Positions 37,981-38,644 of a stretch of DNA of 38,644 nt are shown in pieces (position 1 is the stretch's first letter; each line of letters opens with the position of its first letter). The DNA comes from a virus (taxonomy: Duplodnaviria; Heunggongvirae; Uroviricota; Caudoviricetes). Location: the IMG/VR virus record IMGVR_UViG_2850756110_000011. One strand, written 5' to 3'. The position numbers were made by a program, and so were the translations under genes. The notes beneath the pieces were generated by a model. It did not search any database. It had not been told where the DNA came from and worked only from the letters and a program-made list of their open reading frames with translations.

Positions 37981-38514
37981 GTGAAACATAAACAACGTTG
38001 GGCAGGGGCAATCTGCTGTTTTGTCCTCTTCATTGTGGTGTGCCTTTTTCTGGCGACGTACATGAAAGGCGCTTTTCGGGCTGCCGGGCATCCTGAAATC
38101 GGCTTGCTGTTTTTCATTCTTCCTGGAGCAGTTGCCAGTTTCTTTTCACAGCGTAGAGAAGTCCTGAAACCTCTATTTGGCGCAATGCTGGCGGCACCCT
38201 GTTCAATGCTCATTATGCGGCTGTTTTTTTCACCGACGCGCTCATTCTGGCAAGAGCTGGCATGGTTACTAAGCGCGGTGTTCTGGTGTGCGCTGGGGCA
38301 CTGTGTTTCTTATTTATCAGTAGTTTGTTTAAACCACAGCACAGAAAAAATCAGTAAAGCCCTCAACGCGAGGGCTTGTCAGACGATCAGGCGTCCAGAT
38401 TTTCTTTCACCCATGCAGCAAAATCGGTATAGCCGCCGATATGTTGCTGATCGACAAAAATCTGCGGCACGGTTTCTACGGGTTTACCTGCCTTTTGTGG
38501 TAGATCTTCTTTAG
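37981..38514 (+). CDS. ybjM: inner membrane protein YbjM homologue; ORF as read is 177 codons and runs antisense into grxA, suggesting a frameshift relative to the roughly 125-aa form I recall
   Basis: MKHKQRWAGAICCFVLFIVVCLFLATYMKGAFRAAGHPEIGLLFF...; an alternative frame ends ...FISSLFKPQHRKNQ* at 38355-38357 before a stem-loop. Confidence 0.6.
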   Translation: MKHKQRWAGAICCFVLFIVVCLFLATYMKGAFRAAGHPEIGLLFFILPGAVASFFSQRREVLKPLFGAMLAAPCSMLIMRLFFSPTRSFWQELAWLLSAVFWCALGHCVSYLSVVCLNHSTEKISKALNARACQTIRRPDFLSPMQQNRYSRRYVADRQKSAARFLRVYLPFVVDLL

Positions 38515-38644
38515 TGATCCCTTCCGCACGAATATCTACATACTGATACTGAAAATCATCGCGTTCATTGCTCAATTTCTCAGCCAGATCTTTTGCACGC
38601 ACACAGTAAGGGCAACCCGAACGACCAAAAATAACGGTTTGCAT
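38387..38644 (-). CDS. grxA: glutaredoxin 1
   Basis: 85 aa, MQTVIFGRSGCPYCVRAKDLAEKL... with CPYC active site. Confidence 0.9.
   Translation of the reverse strand: MQTVIFGRSGCPYCVRAKDLAEKLSNERDDFQYQYVDIRAEGITKEDLPQKAGKPVETVPQIFVDQQHIGGYTDFAAWVKENLDA

Overview
Mosaic, IS-riddled accessory region, almost certainly Escherichia/Shigella, made of two degraded prophage remnants joined through nested insertion sequences and ending in the chromosomal ybjL-ybjM-grxA locus. (1) 1-386: left end of an IS911-like IS3-family element (orfA on the minus strand). (2) 387-3341 and 8639-8919: a Qin-like lambdoid immunity fragment (DicC-like with compensating frameshifts, DicA-like repressor, YdfA-like, Rha-family protein, and a small zinc-ribbon gene split by IS600). 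(3) 3342-13529: an IS pile-up. An IS600-like element carries an IS66-family element with a perfect 8-bp target duplication. That IS66 element in turn carries an IS110-family element inside its right terminal repeat. A 3'-truncated IS1 is interrupted by a second IS66-family element, which carries a second copy of the same IS110-family element at the equivalent position of its left terminal repeat. (4) 13531-35790: a defective P2-like prophage. It has a 5'-truncated replication-gene fragment, a DinI-like gene, and then a strongly AT-rich two-gene cassette (ABC/AAA_21-type ATPase plus HNH nuclease) at the position of the P2 'tin/old' anti-phage hotspot next to the portal gene. This cassette is my best candidate for an undescribed or variant defence system. 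The rest is portal (in-frame TAG), large terminase, scaffold, capsid, small terminase, head completion (in-frame TAG), a lysis cassette, R, S (truncated by IS1), an orphan tail-fibre variable segment with a Gin/Hin-type invertase and a gix-like site, sheath, tube, E/E' frameshift chaperone, tape measure (two frameshifts), U, D and Ogr. (5) 36026-38644: host genes ybjL, ybjM, grxA. No CRISPR array, rRNA or tRNA was recognised. All identifications rest on reading the translations and on remembered family signatures; no database search was run.
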